From Leucoraja erinacea (Eukaryota), in contig NC_073400.1 of the NCBI RefSeq assembly GCF_028641065.1, positions 5,332,001 to 5,396,000 of the forward strand: a stretch of DNA of 64,000 nt. Direction: 5' to 3'. Positions 12,340 through 24,385 of the stretch are shown here, piece by piece (within the stretch, counting starts at the first letter, position 1; every line of letters begins with the position of its first letter). The translations under genes were made by a program, and so were the position numbers. A model generated the notes under the pieces. The model was not told the origin of the DNA and searched no databases. It was given only the letters and a program-made list of their open reading frames with translations.

Positions 12340-12437
12340 TGAAGATCGACACAAAATGCTGGAGTAACTCAGCAGGACAGGCAGGCAGCATCTCCGAATA
12401 GAAGGAATGGGTGACTTTTCGGGTCGAGACCTTTCTG
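12340..12437 (-). mobile_element. PLE terminal-repeat fragment
   Basis: Same recurrent repeat, truncated before CTGAAGA. Confidence 0.7.
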
Positions 12438-14111
12438 TGATGAAGCATTTCAAAAAACACATCTCAATGAAATTGAAAATGTCAGGAGAAATATTTTCCA
12501 ATTGGAGACGCAAAGGTTAAAATAACTTGGTTTCTCTCGTTTTGATGTTTCCTGTTCATGTAGATGCTAAGTTCTCTAATACTTCAAATAATTTCACTGT
12601 TCCAGGTTGAAACTGTCTCCTTCGCTGAGTTTTACCAGCATTTTTGTCTTCCTTCTCTAGATTATCCCTTTGTAGAATCACAAAACTATCGACCACATTC
12701 ATTGTACATCCTCCAGGCTGCAGAGCTAGAAAAAATGAACTTGCATTTGTAGAGCAGCTTTCTTAAAACTCGATAAAAACCATGCATCTTCAGACTCAAT
12801 GAAGCATCATTACTATTGAAGGAATTGTAGAAGGCAGAAAGATTTTGATTGTTTGAAAATCTATTTTTGATTGCAAGAATTGGGGGATTAAAGTTCAGGG
12901 AGCTGAGAGAATTTCAATGTACATCTTTCAAATAATGTAGTGGATTGCCTTTCCATTCACCTGTTAATCGCTGAAACAGTACTAGCGCGTTTAAACTTGG
13001 CACGAACCAGTTGATAATTCTGAGCTCCCTCAACTTTTAGTCTTGCCAACTGTGCAGTTTAAGCCTTGGCACTTTGAAGTATTATTTAATTTAATTTAAT
13101 TCTATTAATCCACTGGTTTAGAAGGAAAACGCAAAGTGATACGCAAGATTATTTTGTTACAAGTTCTGTTTGTCCCTTGGAGATGTTGAGTTGAAGTTGA
13201 CAGAGTCCAGCAATGGGATCTGACATTCGCTGTTGCTATGGCATGTTGCTAGGATTTTTTTAAGGTCCTGGAGATGTATCACAGCAGCTGCAAGGTCATT
13301 GTCATTGTGTAACAAGTCCAATCTTGCCGCAGAAACATAATCATGCTTCATGCGTTGGGAAATTCAGCGAATCTTGCTTTTCGAAAGAGAGGGAAAAGAA
13401 TTTCAGGCAGTATTTCCAAATCATATTTAATGTTTCTCTCTATTTTTAACTTTCAAGGATATCCAAAATTTGAAAGCTGTAGAATTTCATTCAGCATTTT
13501 GCATTTATACTGAATCAAAGGCTGCTAAAGCAGATGTCCTAATTAGATGTCACTGTTCAGTTTCACCCCTGATCCAGCCTGCCCCTGATCTGATTGCACT
13601 CTGTCCATTTAGAATACTTTCTATCAAAGAAACCGTCAGTAAGAACAGTTTTTAGCTGCTATATTCTGTGGGGGATTTTACACATGAGATCATGGGCTCC
13701 GATCATAAACCACACTCCTCCTCTATATATCTGTGATTCTGTATTCTGTGATTCAGATATTCTGCACCATTTACTTATTTGTTTTATCACCATCCACTTT
13801 TGTTTTGGATCATCATCCCATTCTTTAAATGTAGACATCTCCATCTTCCCACGGGCTTTTTGCTACCCCGCCTACCCTCTTCCCTGATTTTATCCTTGCT
13901 TAAAGTTAATTAAGTCTCTGAATGATGGAGGATCATTGATATGAAGCATTAACTTTATTTCTCTCTCCACAGATGCTGCCTGACCTGTCAAGCGTTTCTC
14001 AGCATTTTCAATTTTTATTCTGGATTCGTCCAGTTGTTATAGAGACAGACCCATTGTTCAACATGTCTCTCAGCTCTCAACAGAAGTAGTAGCCTCTGTA
14101 CTGAAAACTAA

Positions 14112-14740
14112 AGCCCCTGTCCCACTTACGTGTCCTTGGCACGCTAATTATTTGACCTCGTGGTCGCGTTGAGGCGAGACCGTCCCGCGAGAGTCGGGCG
14201 CGACTTCATGCGTCCGCACAGCCGTCTGGAGCACGTGACGTTATTTGAAGATAGACACAAAATGCAGGAGTAACTCAGCGGGAGCGGCAGCATCTCTGCA
14301 GAGAAGCAATGGATGATGTTTCGGGTCGAGACTCTTCTTCAGTCCATTGCATCTCTCCAGAGATGCTGCCGGTCCCGCTGATTTACTCCTGCATTTTGTG
14401 TCTATCTTCAATTGTCTTGGCCCCACTCAGGGAGTAGGAGTGGGGGTGGATCCAGACCGCAACAGCCGTGAGCCCCAGGCCGAGTTCGGCGATCGTTTGC
14501 CTGCTTCTGCTGCTGTTGAAGGTGAGACGTTGCCTCGCACCACGGTCTTGGGCCTGTCCCACTTTGGCCGTAAGTTACGTGACAGGCCGGTGGCGCGCAA
14601 AGATTTCGTTTGCTACAAAATTTTGGAGCACCGCACAACTCCATCCCCCTCCACGCTACTCAGTGGGACCAACCCCACGCGGCTACACGATGCCCTTGCG
14701 CCTCAACGCGACTAACGAGGTTGCGTAATTTGCGTAATTG
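14112..14740. mobile_element. Harbinger-type MITE carrying an inserted PLE fold-back
   Basis: TAA-AGCCCCTGTCCCAC left end, CpG-rich body, internal GGGCCTGTCCCAC at 14550. Confidence 0.6.
14245..14411. mobile_element. PLE fold-back insert with hammerhead core on the minus strand (14315-14342)
   Basis: ~70-bp inverted arms (TTGAAGATAGACACAAAATGCAGGAGTAA.. / ..TTACTCCTGCATTTTGTGTCTATCTTCAA). Minus strand reads CTGAAGA-AGAGTCTCGACCC-GAAACATC. Confidence 0.8.
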
Positions 14741-14749
14741 GCCTTAATG

Positions 14750-15030
14750 TTTGCTATTCTGAGCCCTCCAACAATATATAAGAGCCAAGATCGTCCAGTC
14801 AACGGAAGGAACGAGGCCCTCGACCCCGTGAGGACAAAGAAGGGAAAAGATTGAACTTTTTTTTCGCCTTCCAATACAGAGGAATGTGGAGGAGTCACTG
14901 TGGTGGATGTTTAGGCGAACATTTATTTTGTGCGTTTTGTTGCTTTTTATTGGTATGGCAAATCAAATTCCTTGTATGTTGCAAAACATGCTTGGCTAAT
15001 AAAGTATGATTTTGATTATGATTATGATCA
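14750..15030 (+). mobile_element. Retroposon 3' end related to the 22.0 kb and 53.2 kb elements
   Basis: Shares CACTGTGGTGGATGTTT, and ends in AATAAA plus a (GATTAT)n tail. Confidence 0.55.
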
Positions 15031-15579
15031 TGTTACTAATGTCCCCAATAATACTATATTAATTTGAATGGTGTTTTTGACTTGCTCATTTTGTTGGGTT
15101 TAATATAGAGATGAAAACTATAAGAGAAGAAAAAGATACAAGTGTGGAAAATACTTTCCTTTTATCCCAAATGGTAAAGGAAATGTGGGCAAAATTAAAA
15201 ATAAATTTACAGACAAAAATGTTCTTCCTATGTTGCAAATTTCAATGGTGACAGAATGTGCGACTAATTATGACAATTGATCTCTAACAGTCAGCTTATG
15301 ATGAAAATAGAGTGGGCAATTCACACAATATTGAGAAATAACCATGCTTGAAATTGGGTGCCCACTTGTAGCAGGCAATTTCTGTGATTTTCTGGTTTTG
15401 GGCAGCATTTATCACTAGGTGAATTAAACATTGCATGTGCGATCTTGCTAGGCCCAATTAGGCAGCAGCATATATTACAGTATATTACAACAGTCGCTGT
15501 GCTTCAAGTGTAATTCTGTGCCTGTGAAAGTCTCAGGACATCCATGAATTCATGAGTATTGTCACCTGAACTCAAGTTC

Positions 15580-15910
15580 CATAGAAACATAGAAACATAG
15601 ATAATAGGTGCAGGAGGAGGCCATTCGGTCCTTCGAGCCAGCACCACCATTCATTGTGATCATGGCTGATCGTCCAAAATCAATAACCCATGCTTGCCTT
15701 CTACCACTATCCCTTGATTCCACTAGCCCCTAGAGCTCTATCTAACTCTCTCTTAAATCCATCCAGTGATTTGGCCTCCAGTGCCCTCTGTGGCAGGGAA
15801 TTCCACAAATTCACAACTCTCTGGGTGAAAATGTTTTTTCTCATCTCGGTCTTAAATGGCCTCCCCTTTATTCTAAGACTGTGGCCCCTGGTTCTGGAAT
15901 GTTCCCAATG
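15580..15910 (-). mobile_element. CR1 3' fragment
   Basis: (GAAACATA)n tail on + strand; ORF2 end same as 25643-25997. Confidence 0.9.
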
Positions 15911-16844
15911 TTATTAGCATGTGGTGGCTTTGCACTTCAGTCCCCTTTACCCTGGGTTAGTGTCGTTACTGGGGAGATATGGACATATGATCTCCCATAT
16001 GTTCTCACCCCTCCTGTGCCACTCCCCACTCTGCTGATGAGAGAGTGGGATTCAGTACGAGCCCAGTCTCAACAGTGCCTGGTGCCACTGTATCCCAAGC
16101 ACAACGGCAGGGGTAACATGGCAGCTTGATAGTCACACATGCCTCCTACTGATTGTCAGGTAGATGAGGTGATTGTTTAAATGTGTATACCGCAATTGAC
16201 ATTTTGGATGATGAAGTTGGCTGTAAGGTCCATAACAGAAAACCACAGGGGAATGATTGAAAAGTGTCTGAAACCTCCTGAATACATAACTGCTGCCATT
16301 CCCTCTTGTAAATGTACAGCCTGAATTGTCATTTCTCTATATCTTGCCACTCACTGTCCCAACCAGTCAAGGTCTTTGAATGCACTGTTCTTCCCAACTC
16401 CACGACCTGCACATCCCAGCATTGCAATGGTCAAGTTGTCAAAGGCAGCGCTTCCACCGTGATCCCGCATTGTCCCCTTCAGTGTCACTCTTCATTTTTC
16501 TCCAGCTTCTCCCCCCAATTGTTCATCTCCATGGTTTCTCGCTCACCCAAATGTCAGTATTTATTATTTATCGACTGAATCAACCCCTTCCTTTCAGTTA
16601 CCGGCAATCAGGTCTGCCCCCTGCTTTGCAGTGCTCCCTCGTTAGTTGCCTGTTACCAAGCACCATGTGTCCCCTGGCCCAATTCTCCATGCTTTCTCCT
16701 CCAGTAGGCTTGTCTCCATCTGTTCCTTTGCATTCCTGTGTTTTTATTACTTTAGACCCTGCCTTGTTATCGCTTATGCAACAACATCTGTGTATCTTCT
16801 GTAACAGCTGCTGCTGCCTCAGGTGACAAAAGTCCACATCTTAC

Positions 16845-17109
16845 CTGCTGCCTTATCCATGATGCAGTAATCAGGCGAGTTTTCGAAGTACACCAGCTCG
16901 TTTTTGATCAGCCTGCCCGAGTGCCTGTTGGCGACTGTGAAACCAGTTCCATCCTGGTTCATCGTCACCTGGATCGCCAGGTTATATTTTTTCCTCAGGT
17001 AATCTCCGGTTTTTCTAAAGTCCGACATTGCTAACCAACAAGTCCTCAGTGTACACGAACCACTCACTCCGTGGCATTTGCACTCTAGCTTCATGAAGCG
17101 CTTTACAGC
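16845..17109 (-). CDS. wnt2b: wnt2b coding exon 4 (265 nt)
   Basis: TAG acceptor 17112-17110. Encodes [25 protein letters not shown] (Wnt signature with the lipidated Ser)...[23 protein letters not shown] donor at 16844. Confidence 0.97.
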
Positions 17110-17474
17110 CTACATGGGAGAAGGAAGGCAGAGTTATCACAGTCACAATAAAAACTATCATTGCTTAACTCAAATGATTTTCAAAATATACATGCCCCCA
17201 ATCCTGGAGATTTATCTGCCCAAGAAGTGTAAGATAGGACAATGTTCTGGCATGCACTGTATAGAATGCTGGTAAGTGTCATTAGAAGGGATGTGTTCTT
17301 GATGGTGGCAAGGATGGGGTGTGCCAAAGGGCCTGTACCTGTATGTGTGATGAATTACTCTGCTGTTAACCTTCTGACACTTCTTACCCATTTACCAACC
17401 AATTGAAGCCAGCATTCAAATAAGCATCGACCCTGCAATAGAGAATAGGCCATGCAACATTGGGAGTAGCTCTC

Positions 17475-17608
17475 AGCTTGAAGAAGGGTCTTGACCTGAA
17501 ACGTCACCCATTCCTTCAATCCCGAGATGCTGCCTGCCCCGGTGAGTTACGTCGGCTTTCTGTGTCTATCTTCAGTCTAAACCAGCATCTGCGGTTCCTT
17601 CCTACACA
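17475..17608 (+). mobile_element. PLE terminal repeat with hammerhead-like core
   Basis: TTGAAGA-AGGGTCTTGACCT-GAAACGTC, ending CAGCATCTGCGGTTCCTTCCTACACA. Confidence 0.75.
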
Positions 17609-18414
17609 TTGGGAGCAGCTTGCAGTTGGTCTTCGAACAGATTACATTCCCGGTGTCGATCCCATCTCATTCTTATCCAATTTAAATCATATGGATGAAA
17701 TCTGAACCAACACATTCATGATGAAAGCATAAAATACCGGAAACATTCGGCAGGTCGCCTGCAATTGTGAAAAGAGAGTTGAAGTTTCAGGTGGAACATT
17801 GTTCATCAGATCTCGGAAAGAGAGGAAGCAGGTTAGTTTCGGGTTAACGAGAAGACGCGTCAGTGGTAGATAGGACAAAGGGAATGTCCCTGACAGGGTA
17901 AGATCAGAGGGGGAAGTAAAGGGTAGATAGACACAAAAACCTGGAGTAACTCAGCTGGTTAGACAGTATCTTTGGAGAAAAGGAATAGATGACATTTCGG
18001 GTTGAGACCCTTTTCAGGGGGATGTCAGGGAGAGAGAAAAATGATCAAAAGCTGTGAAAAAGAGCAGCAAGTGAGTGGGGGACACACATAGGCAGGTATA
18101 AGCTGTGAAATGCAGAGATGTGGGACATGTCCAGTAGGTTACGCTGGGCCTGACCTGCTGAGTGATTCCATTTTCTGCCTTTAATACAGATTTACAACAC
18201 CTGCAGGTTTTTGATTTTAATTTCCAGTGACTTTAATATCTGGGTTGTGAAGTTAACAAGTACCATTTGTGATGAAGTAGGTTTTGATCTGAATTTTTTT
18301 GCTCTAATCTCATTTTGTATAAACCCAGATCAGTTAATCATTAGCTGAAAGTGGCCCGAGGACAATCTAAATGACAAGGAAGTCACACCAACTCCAAAAA
18401 TCCAGGAAACCAGC

Positions 18415-19329
18415 GACTAAAGACAGCGAGTCGTGACCTCTCCCTCCTCTATCTTGCAGAGACTGAGCCACACCCACACTTCCGGGTTTTATAGTCCCTC
18501 CCCCTCCCACCAGAAGGGGCGTGGCCTTCACGGCATGATTGACAGGAGAGAGAATCTCAACATTTTTTAAACACTAATAACTCTTTTATTTTTCATCGAT
18601 GGGAAAAATCCTCGGTACCTGATGAGCGGAGAGGGACTGAGTAAGATGGCCAAAAATCACAGCCGTAAGTGGTAGCGTTTTTTCTAAAATCAATATAAAG
18701 CGCAAACAGGAAGTGGTCAAGATTATACTTTTAATTATATATAGAAGGCAAGGCAGCTTTAATTATAGGCAAGGCAATTAGGCTTTAATTAGGCAAGGCA
18801 ACTTTAATTTGGCAAGGCAACTTTAATTTGGCAAGGCAACTTTAATTTGGCAAGGCAACTTTAATTAGGCAAGGCAGCTTTAATTAGGCAATGCAGCTTT
18901 AATTAGGCAAGGCGGCTTTAGCAGTTTCAAACCAAAGGCTACACAGCTTCAGCACTTTCAAACCGAAGGCAACACAGCTTTTGCACTTTTAAACCAAAGG
19001 CTACACAGCTTTAGCACTTTCAAAGTACATTTTCACACCACATTAAGGGCACTGACAGGTCAGTAAAACCACTCACAGTTTAGTAGACATGTGTTCAGTG
19101 TTATTCACAGCTCAGACCAAGAATTGCACCATCTTGCAGAGAACTGAGGCACCTCAACACTTCCGGGTTTTATAGTCCCTCCGGAAGGGGCGTGGCCTTC
19201 AGGAGAGAGAATCTCAACATTTTTAAAACACTAATAACTCTTTTATATTTCATCGATGGGAAAAATCCTCTTGTCCTGCGCAGCGGAGGGGGACTGAGTA
19301 AGATGGCCAAAAATCACAGCCATAAGTGA
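18415..19329. repeat. Composite repeat: two ~200-bp direct blocks flanking 19-bp and 31-bp minisatellites
   Basis: 18450-18670 resembles 19128-19329. 19-bp unit GGCAAGGCAACTTTAATT(T/A) x~9 at 18745-18920; 31-bp unit x3 at 18926-19020. Confidence 0.8.
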
Positions 19330-19845
19330 TATTATTATACCATTGTTTCTGGGAACTTGCTGTGCACTAATCAATTATCACAATTTCTGCATTACATTCT
19401 AAATTGGGCTTAGTTCTTTGGGATATTGTGCAAGGCGTTATATAAATGCAGACATTTACTGTACTTGCCCACATTCCATGTGTGAAAGAGTACATGCAGC
19501 TGTCAACGAAACACAAAGGATTCACATGTAATTAGCCCCTGCCCCAGTTATATAATCTACTGATCTCTCTACATTCCTCCTAATCAAGCCTCTTCCACTC
19601 TTGTGAATGTCATTCCTTCTGCTGGCCAAACCCTCAGCTCTGGAGAATTAAACCATGCATTAATATAATAAATACAAATGGGTTCATTGAATCTTTACTG
19701 AGAATTTCTAGGATATTCCCATCAGTGATAATCTTTGTGAACATTACTAACTCTGGCCTTTTCTCTCTGAACTCTACTCTTTGGCCACTGGTCCTAAGAT
19801 TCCATCAGACTAAGTGCCAAAGTTAGCTTGATAACACTTTCCTCA

Positions 19846-20127
19846 GAGCGGCAAGGTGGCGAAGCAATAGAGATGGCGCCAAGACCCGTGTTCGATTCTG
19901 ACTACGGGTTCGGAGTTCGTACATTCCCCCCGTGACCTGCGTGAGTTTTCTCCGGGTGCTCCGGTTTCCTCTCACACTACAAAGGCATACAGGTTTGTAG
20001 GTTAAATGGCTTGGTATAATTGTAAATTGTCCCTAGTGTGTGTGGGATGGTGTTAGTGTGTGGGGATCATTGGTCAGCGCAGAGTTGGTGGGCTGAAGGG
20101 CCTGTTTCCGCGCTGTATCTCTAAACT
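19846..20127 (+). mobile_element. HE1-like V-SINE
   Basis: tRNA head, V-domain CTCCGGGTGCTCCGGTTTCCTC, tail GAAGGGCCTGTTTCCGCGCTGTATCTCTAAACT. Confidence 0.88.
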
Positions 20128-20314
20128 TAGGTACCTTGGGAAGTTATACAATGACAAAGATGCCAAATAAATGCAATTTATATATGTAAGAACACACGGT
20201 AGTAGGCGGCCTCTCAAGCCTTTAATCACATCGCAATAGATCTGATGCCAACGTCCACTCTGCATTCCTATCTATCTGGGATGGATACCCTCTTATTTAT
20301 CAAGTATTTATCTT

Positions 20315-21545
20315 GACACTGTGGGAAGCTGGAGCAGAAATCACAGGTGCCCTGTCTGAGATTTATGAGTCATCATTAAATACAAATTAGGTGCCGGAAG
20401 ATGGGAGGGTGGCAAATGGCGTGCCTCTGTTTAGGAAGAGCTCCAAGGAAAAGCCTAGAAAATATAGGTGAGTGAGTGTAACATCCGTGGTTGGAAAGTT
20501 ACAAATAGGTATTCTGAGGGATGATATACATGCATTTAAATAGACACGGTCTGATTAGGGATAGTCAACGTGTTTTGTACGTGGGAGATTGTGTCTCATG
20601 AATCTGATTGTTTTTTGAAGACGTAACTAAAAATGTTTATGAGGGCAGTGCTGTAGACATTGTCTTTATGGATTGCAGTAAGGCATTTGACAAGGTTCCA
20701 CATGGTAGGCTGCTCTGGAAGGTTAGATCGCATGAAATCCAGGGAGAGCTAGCGGACTGGATTGAAAATTGGCTTCATGGACGGAAGCAGAGGGTGAGGT
20801 TGGAAGGTGGTTTTTCAGACTGGAGGCCTGTGACTAGTGGTGTGCCTCAAGAATCATTGCTGGGCCCACTGATGTTTTTGATTTATATCAATGGTTTGGA
20901 TTGGAATATACAAGGCAGGATTAGCAAGTTTGTAGATGAGACTAAAGTGGATGGTATTATAGATAGCAGATGGTTATCAAAGGTTATAGCAGGATCTTGC
21001 TCAGTTGGGCAAGTGGTGCAGAGGAATGCTTAATGGAGTTTAATACAGATAAGTGTAAGGTGTTGTATTTTGGGAAGTCTAACCAGGGTAGGACCTTCAC
21101 AGTAAAGGGCAGGGCTCTGGGGAATGTTTCAGAGCAGAGGCATCTAGACACAAAATGCTGGAGTATCTCAGCGGGACAGGCAACCTCTCTGGAGAGAAGG
21201 AATGGGTGAGCTTTTGGGTCGAGACCCTTCTTCAGACGTACCTTTGACATACAGGTACATAGTTCCTTGAATGTGGAGTCATAGGTAGAATGTGGTCAAG
21301 AAGGCTATTGGCCTTCACCAGTCAGTGCAATGAGTATAGAAGTTGGGATGTTATGTTACAGCTGCACAATGCGTTGATGAGGCCACAGTTGAATGATTGT
21401 GTTCAGTTTTGGTCACCCTGCTATAGGGTGCTGTTGAGCTGGAAAGAGTGCAGAGAAGATTTACGAGGATGTTGCCAGGGACATGAAGGCCTGAACTATC
21501 AGGAGACTTTGGACAGGCTAGGACTGGACTGTATTACTTGGAGAA
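20315..21545 (+). mobile_element. Decayed CR1 RT fragment with a PLE repeat inserted at ~21144-21238
   Basis: RT motifs VDIVFMDCSKAFDKVPHGRL, VTSGVPQESLLGP, ISKFVDETK, with frameshifts. Confidence 0.9.
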
Positions 21546-21859
21546 CAGGGAAATAGTGACTAAAGAATCTGTACGAGACAGAATGAGGAGCACCCTGGAA
21601 TGGACATGTAAAACACAGTAAATATGGGGCAGATGTAGGATGAACATGGAGCATCTAAAAATACTGCTCCCTTTGATCCCTTTGTTAAAACGCAAGGTTA
21701 GGGTATAACTCTGGAGATTACTCACGATATATCTAGTGAGATTTGGAATTTACACAGTAAATAAGTTGTTACTGTCATATATTGGTGGAAAACTGCAGAC
21801 AGCACAGTTGAGAGCTTTGACTGACAATGATGTGAAAGCTGCACCTATACCAGCTTGAC

Positions 21860-23280
21860 AACATATTTCCTATAACATGATAACTAAAACTGAACATAAT
21901 ACTCCAACTGTGGGCTCACCATCAACTTGTACAGTTATAACATAGCATCCCAACTTCTATACTCAAAACCCTGACTGATGAAGGCCAATGTACTGAAAGC
22001 CTTCCTGACCACCTTATTAGAATTAGAATTAGATTCCTTTATTGTCATTCAGACCTTTCGGTCTGAACGAAATTATGTTGCCTGCAGTCATACACAGAAC
22101 CAATAAAAACAAAACATACAATAAACACAAATTAAACATCCACCACAGTGAGTTCACCAAGCACATCCTCACTGTGATGGAGGCAAAGTCTTAGTATCCG
22201 TCTCTTCCCTCCTTGTTCTCCCTCTGCGCTGAGGCGATTGATCCAGGCCGGAGATCCCGCTATCCAGTCCAGCGGACATCCGTGGTGATGTCGCCGCTGC
22301 CGAAAGCCGGAACGCCGTCTCCGCTCCGAGACGGCCCGTCACAGCATCCTGGCAGCCGCCCCAGCTCCGGGTCCCGCAGTCTCCGCTGCGGGCCACCGCC
22401 CCAGTTCCGGGTCCCGCAGTCTCCGCTCTGGGCCGCCGCCCCAGCTCCGGGTCCCACAGTCTCTGCTGCAGGCCACCGCCCCAGCTCCGGGCAGCCGCCC
22501 CAGCTCCAGGTCCCGCAGTCTCCGCTCAGGGCCGCTGCCCCAGCTCCGGGTCAAGCAGTCTCAGCACCGAGCCCCGCTGCATCAGCTCCAGGCCACCGCC
22601 GAAAGCCAGAACGCCGCACCAGCAAGTCGGGCCACCGCTGCATCAGCCCCGAAGACGGCCAGCCTCTCGTTGGTGAGTCCTGGCTGGCTCTGCCTCCGGA
22701 GCCTCGGGGTCAGTCGCAGGCTGGAGGCCGCCAGCTCCGCCATTAGGCCTCAGCGCAGATGGAGGCAGAGAAGGAGGATACGACACGAAAAAGTCGCATT
22801 CCCCCGAAGGAAGAGACAGAGAACATGTTTCACCACCCCCCCCCCCCCCCTCTAACACAACCCAACAAACTAAAACTTAACCAAAACAAGACAAAAAAAC
22901 CAACAGAAAAAAGTAAAGACAGACGGACTGCAGGCGAGCCGCAGCTGTTAACAGCGTCGCCACTTCCGGCCACTTATCTACCTGTGACGCCACTTTCAAG
23001 GAACTATGTACCTGCACTCCTAGATCCCTCTGCTCTACGATACTCCCCAGAGCACTGCCATTTACTGTGAAGGTTCTGCCCTGGTTAGACTTCGCAAAAT
23101 GCAACGTCTTACATTAAGCTGCATTAAACTCCATTACCCATTGCTCCTCCCCACTTGCCCAACTGATAAGATCCTGCTGTAACCTCTTATAACCATCTTC
23201 TCAATCTACAATACCACCCACTTTTGTGTCATCTGCAAACTTACTTACTGTACTTACTGTACCTCATCCAAATCATTGAT
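21860..23280 (-). mobile_element. Old CR1 fragment split by the 22017-22969 insertion
   Basis: ORF 22877-23104 MHFAKSNQGRTFTVNG..EQRDLGVQVHSSLKVASQVDK continues at ~22015-21860. Confidence 0.75.
22017..22969 (-). mobile_element. ~950-bp non-autonomous retroposon with Rex1-like 3' end and GC-rich 40-bp tandem core
   Basis: 5' CCGGAAGTGGCG; 40-bp unit x4-5 at 22355-22550; 3' hairpin, TGACAATAAA and (TTCTAA)n tail; approximate TSD CAC(C)TTAT. Confidence 0.7.
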
Positions 23281-24199
23281 GATAAATGGAGTGGTCGAGA
23301 GGGGTTTACTTGCAGATTTGCCAAATGTCACCAGTACCACAAAGGCATGCATTTATATAGCACATTTGTGAAATGTTCCAAGATTCTTCATAATAATATT
23401 GTCAAACAAAGTTAACATTGGCCATACTCCAGTAAAGGTGACTAAAAGCTTCCCCAATATAAATAGATTTTATGGAACATCCTAAAGGATGAATAAGAGA
23501 TAAAGCAAGGAAAGCTTTATGGAGGGAGTTCCGGGTCTTGGGACCCTGAATAATGAACAGCCAGTTGCAAAGGCTGAGCATTCAAAATTGGGAATGATCA
23601 GTAATAAGGTATAATTGGAGGTGTCCAGGAATTTTGTACGGCTTGAAGGCAGTACAAAGATGAAATGAGTTGAGGCTGGTGAATTGGTCAGTTTTATGGT
23701 GGTGAAAAGAGGCGATCTTAGTGATGGTGCAGATATGTGGTTCAAATTTGATCTTGTCATCAAGTATGTCAACAAGTGTATGAGCAGTCTGGTTGAGCTT
23801 CAGATAGTTGCCAGAAATGGCAAGGGAATTGATAGCAAGTGTACGGAGTTGATGCTGGGAATGGAACCAATGGCTTTAATCTTCCAAATATTTGAAAATA
23901 AAAGAAAGACCCGTATTAATATGCTTAATTCAGAGTAATTTAGATCATTATTATTGTCATGTGTACTGAGATACTATGAAAACCTTTGTTTTCTGTGCAA
24001 TCTGGGAAATCTCATACCATAAATCAGTACAATCAGTACAATCAGTACAATCAAATCATACTTGATTTCAACAGGTTGTGCAAAGAGAAATGAAGTAGAG
24101 TGTGGAATATTATGGTATAGCTACATGAAAGTGCAGATATAAGAAGTGCAAGGGCTGCAACGAGGTAGATTGGGAGATGGCTACACTCTATATAGCATT

Positions 24200-24385
24200 T
24201 GGCACCTTTGAAGGCTCCAGGAAATCCTAAAGTAGTTTTTGCAATGAAATATTTTGGAGTGTGGTTACTGTTGTAAAGTGACATCCCAGCAGCCCATTGC
24301 ATGTGGGTATTCCTAACAAATAGCAACATGATAATGACCCATGATGACAAGAATTATTGTTGAAGTATAGACCAGAACAAAATAG
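24200..24385 (+). mobile_element. Ancient Deu-domain-like SINE relic
   Basis: GCAATGAAATATTTTGGAGTGTGGTTACTGTTGTAA..CAAATAGCAACATGATAATGACC resembles the DeuSINE central domain as I recall it. Similar relics at ~2070-2380, 34100-34260, 50755-50875 and 54900-55050. Confidence 0.5.

Noticed and set aside
18745-19020. CRISPR-like array
   Set aside because: Head-to-tail minisatellite units with no unique spacers, in a vertebrate intron with no cas genes.
22213-22746. 177-aa Pro/Ala/Ser-rich ORF
   Set aside because: It arises from a GC-rich 40-bp tandem (not a multiple of 3) inside a retroposon, with no ATG context or splice support.
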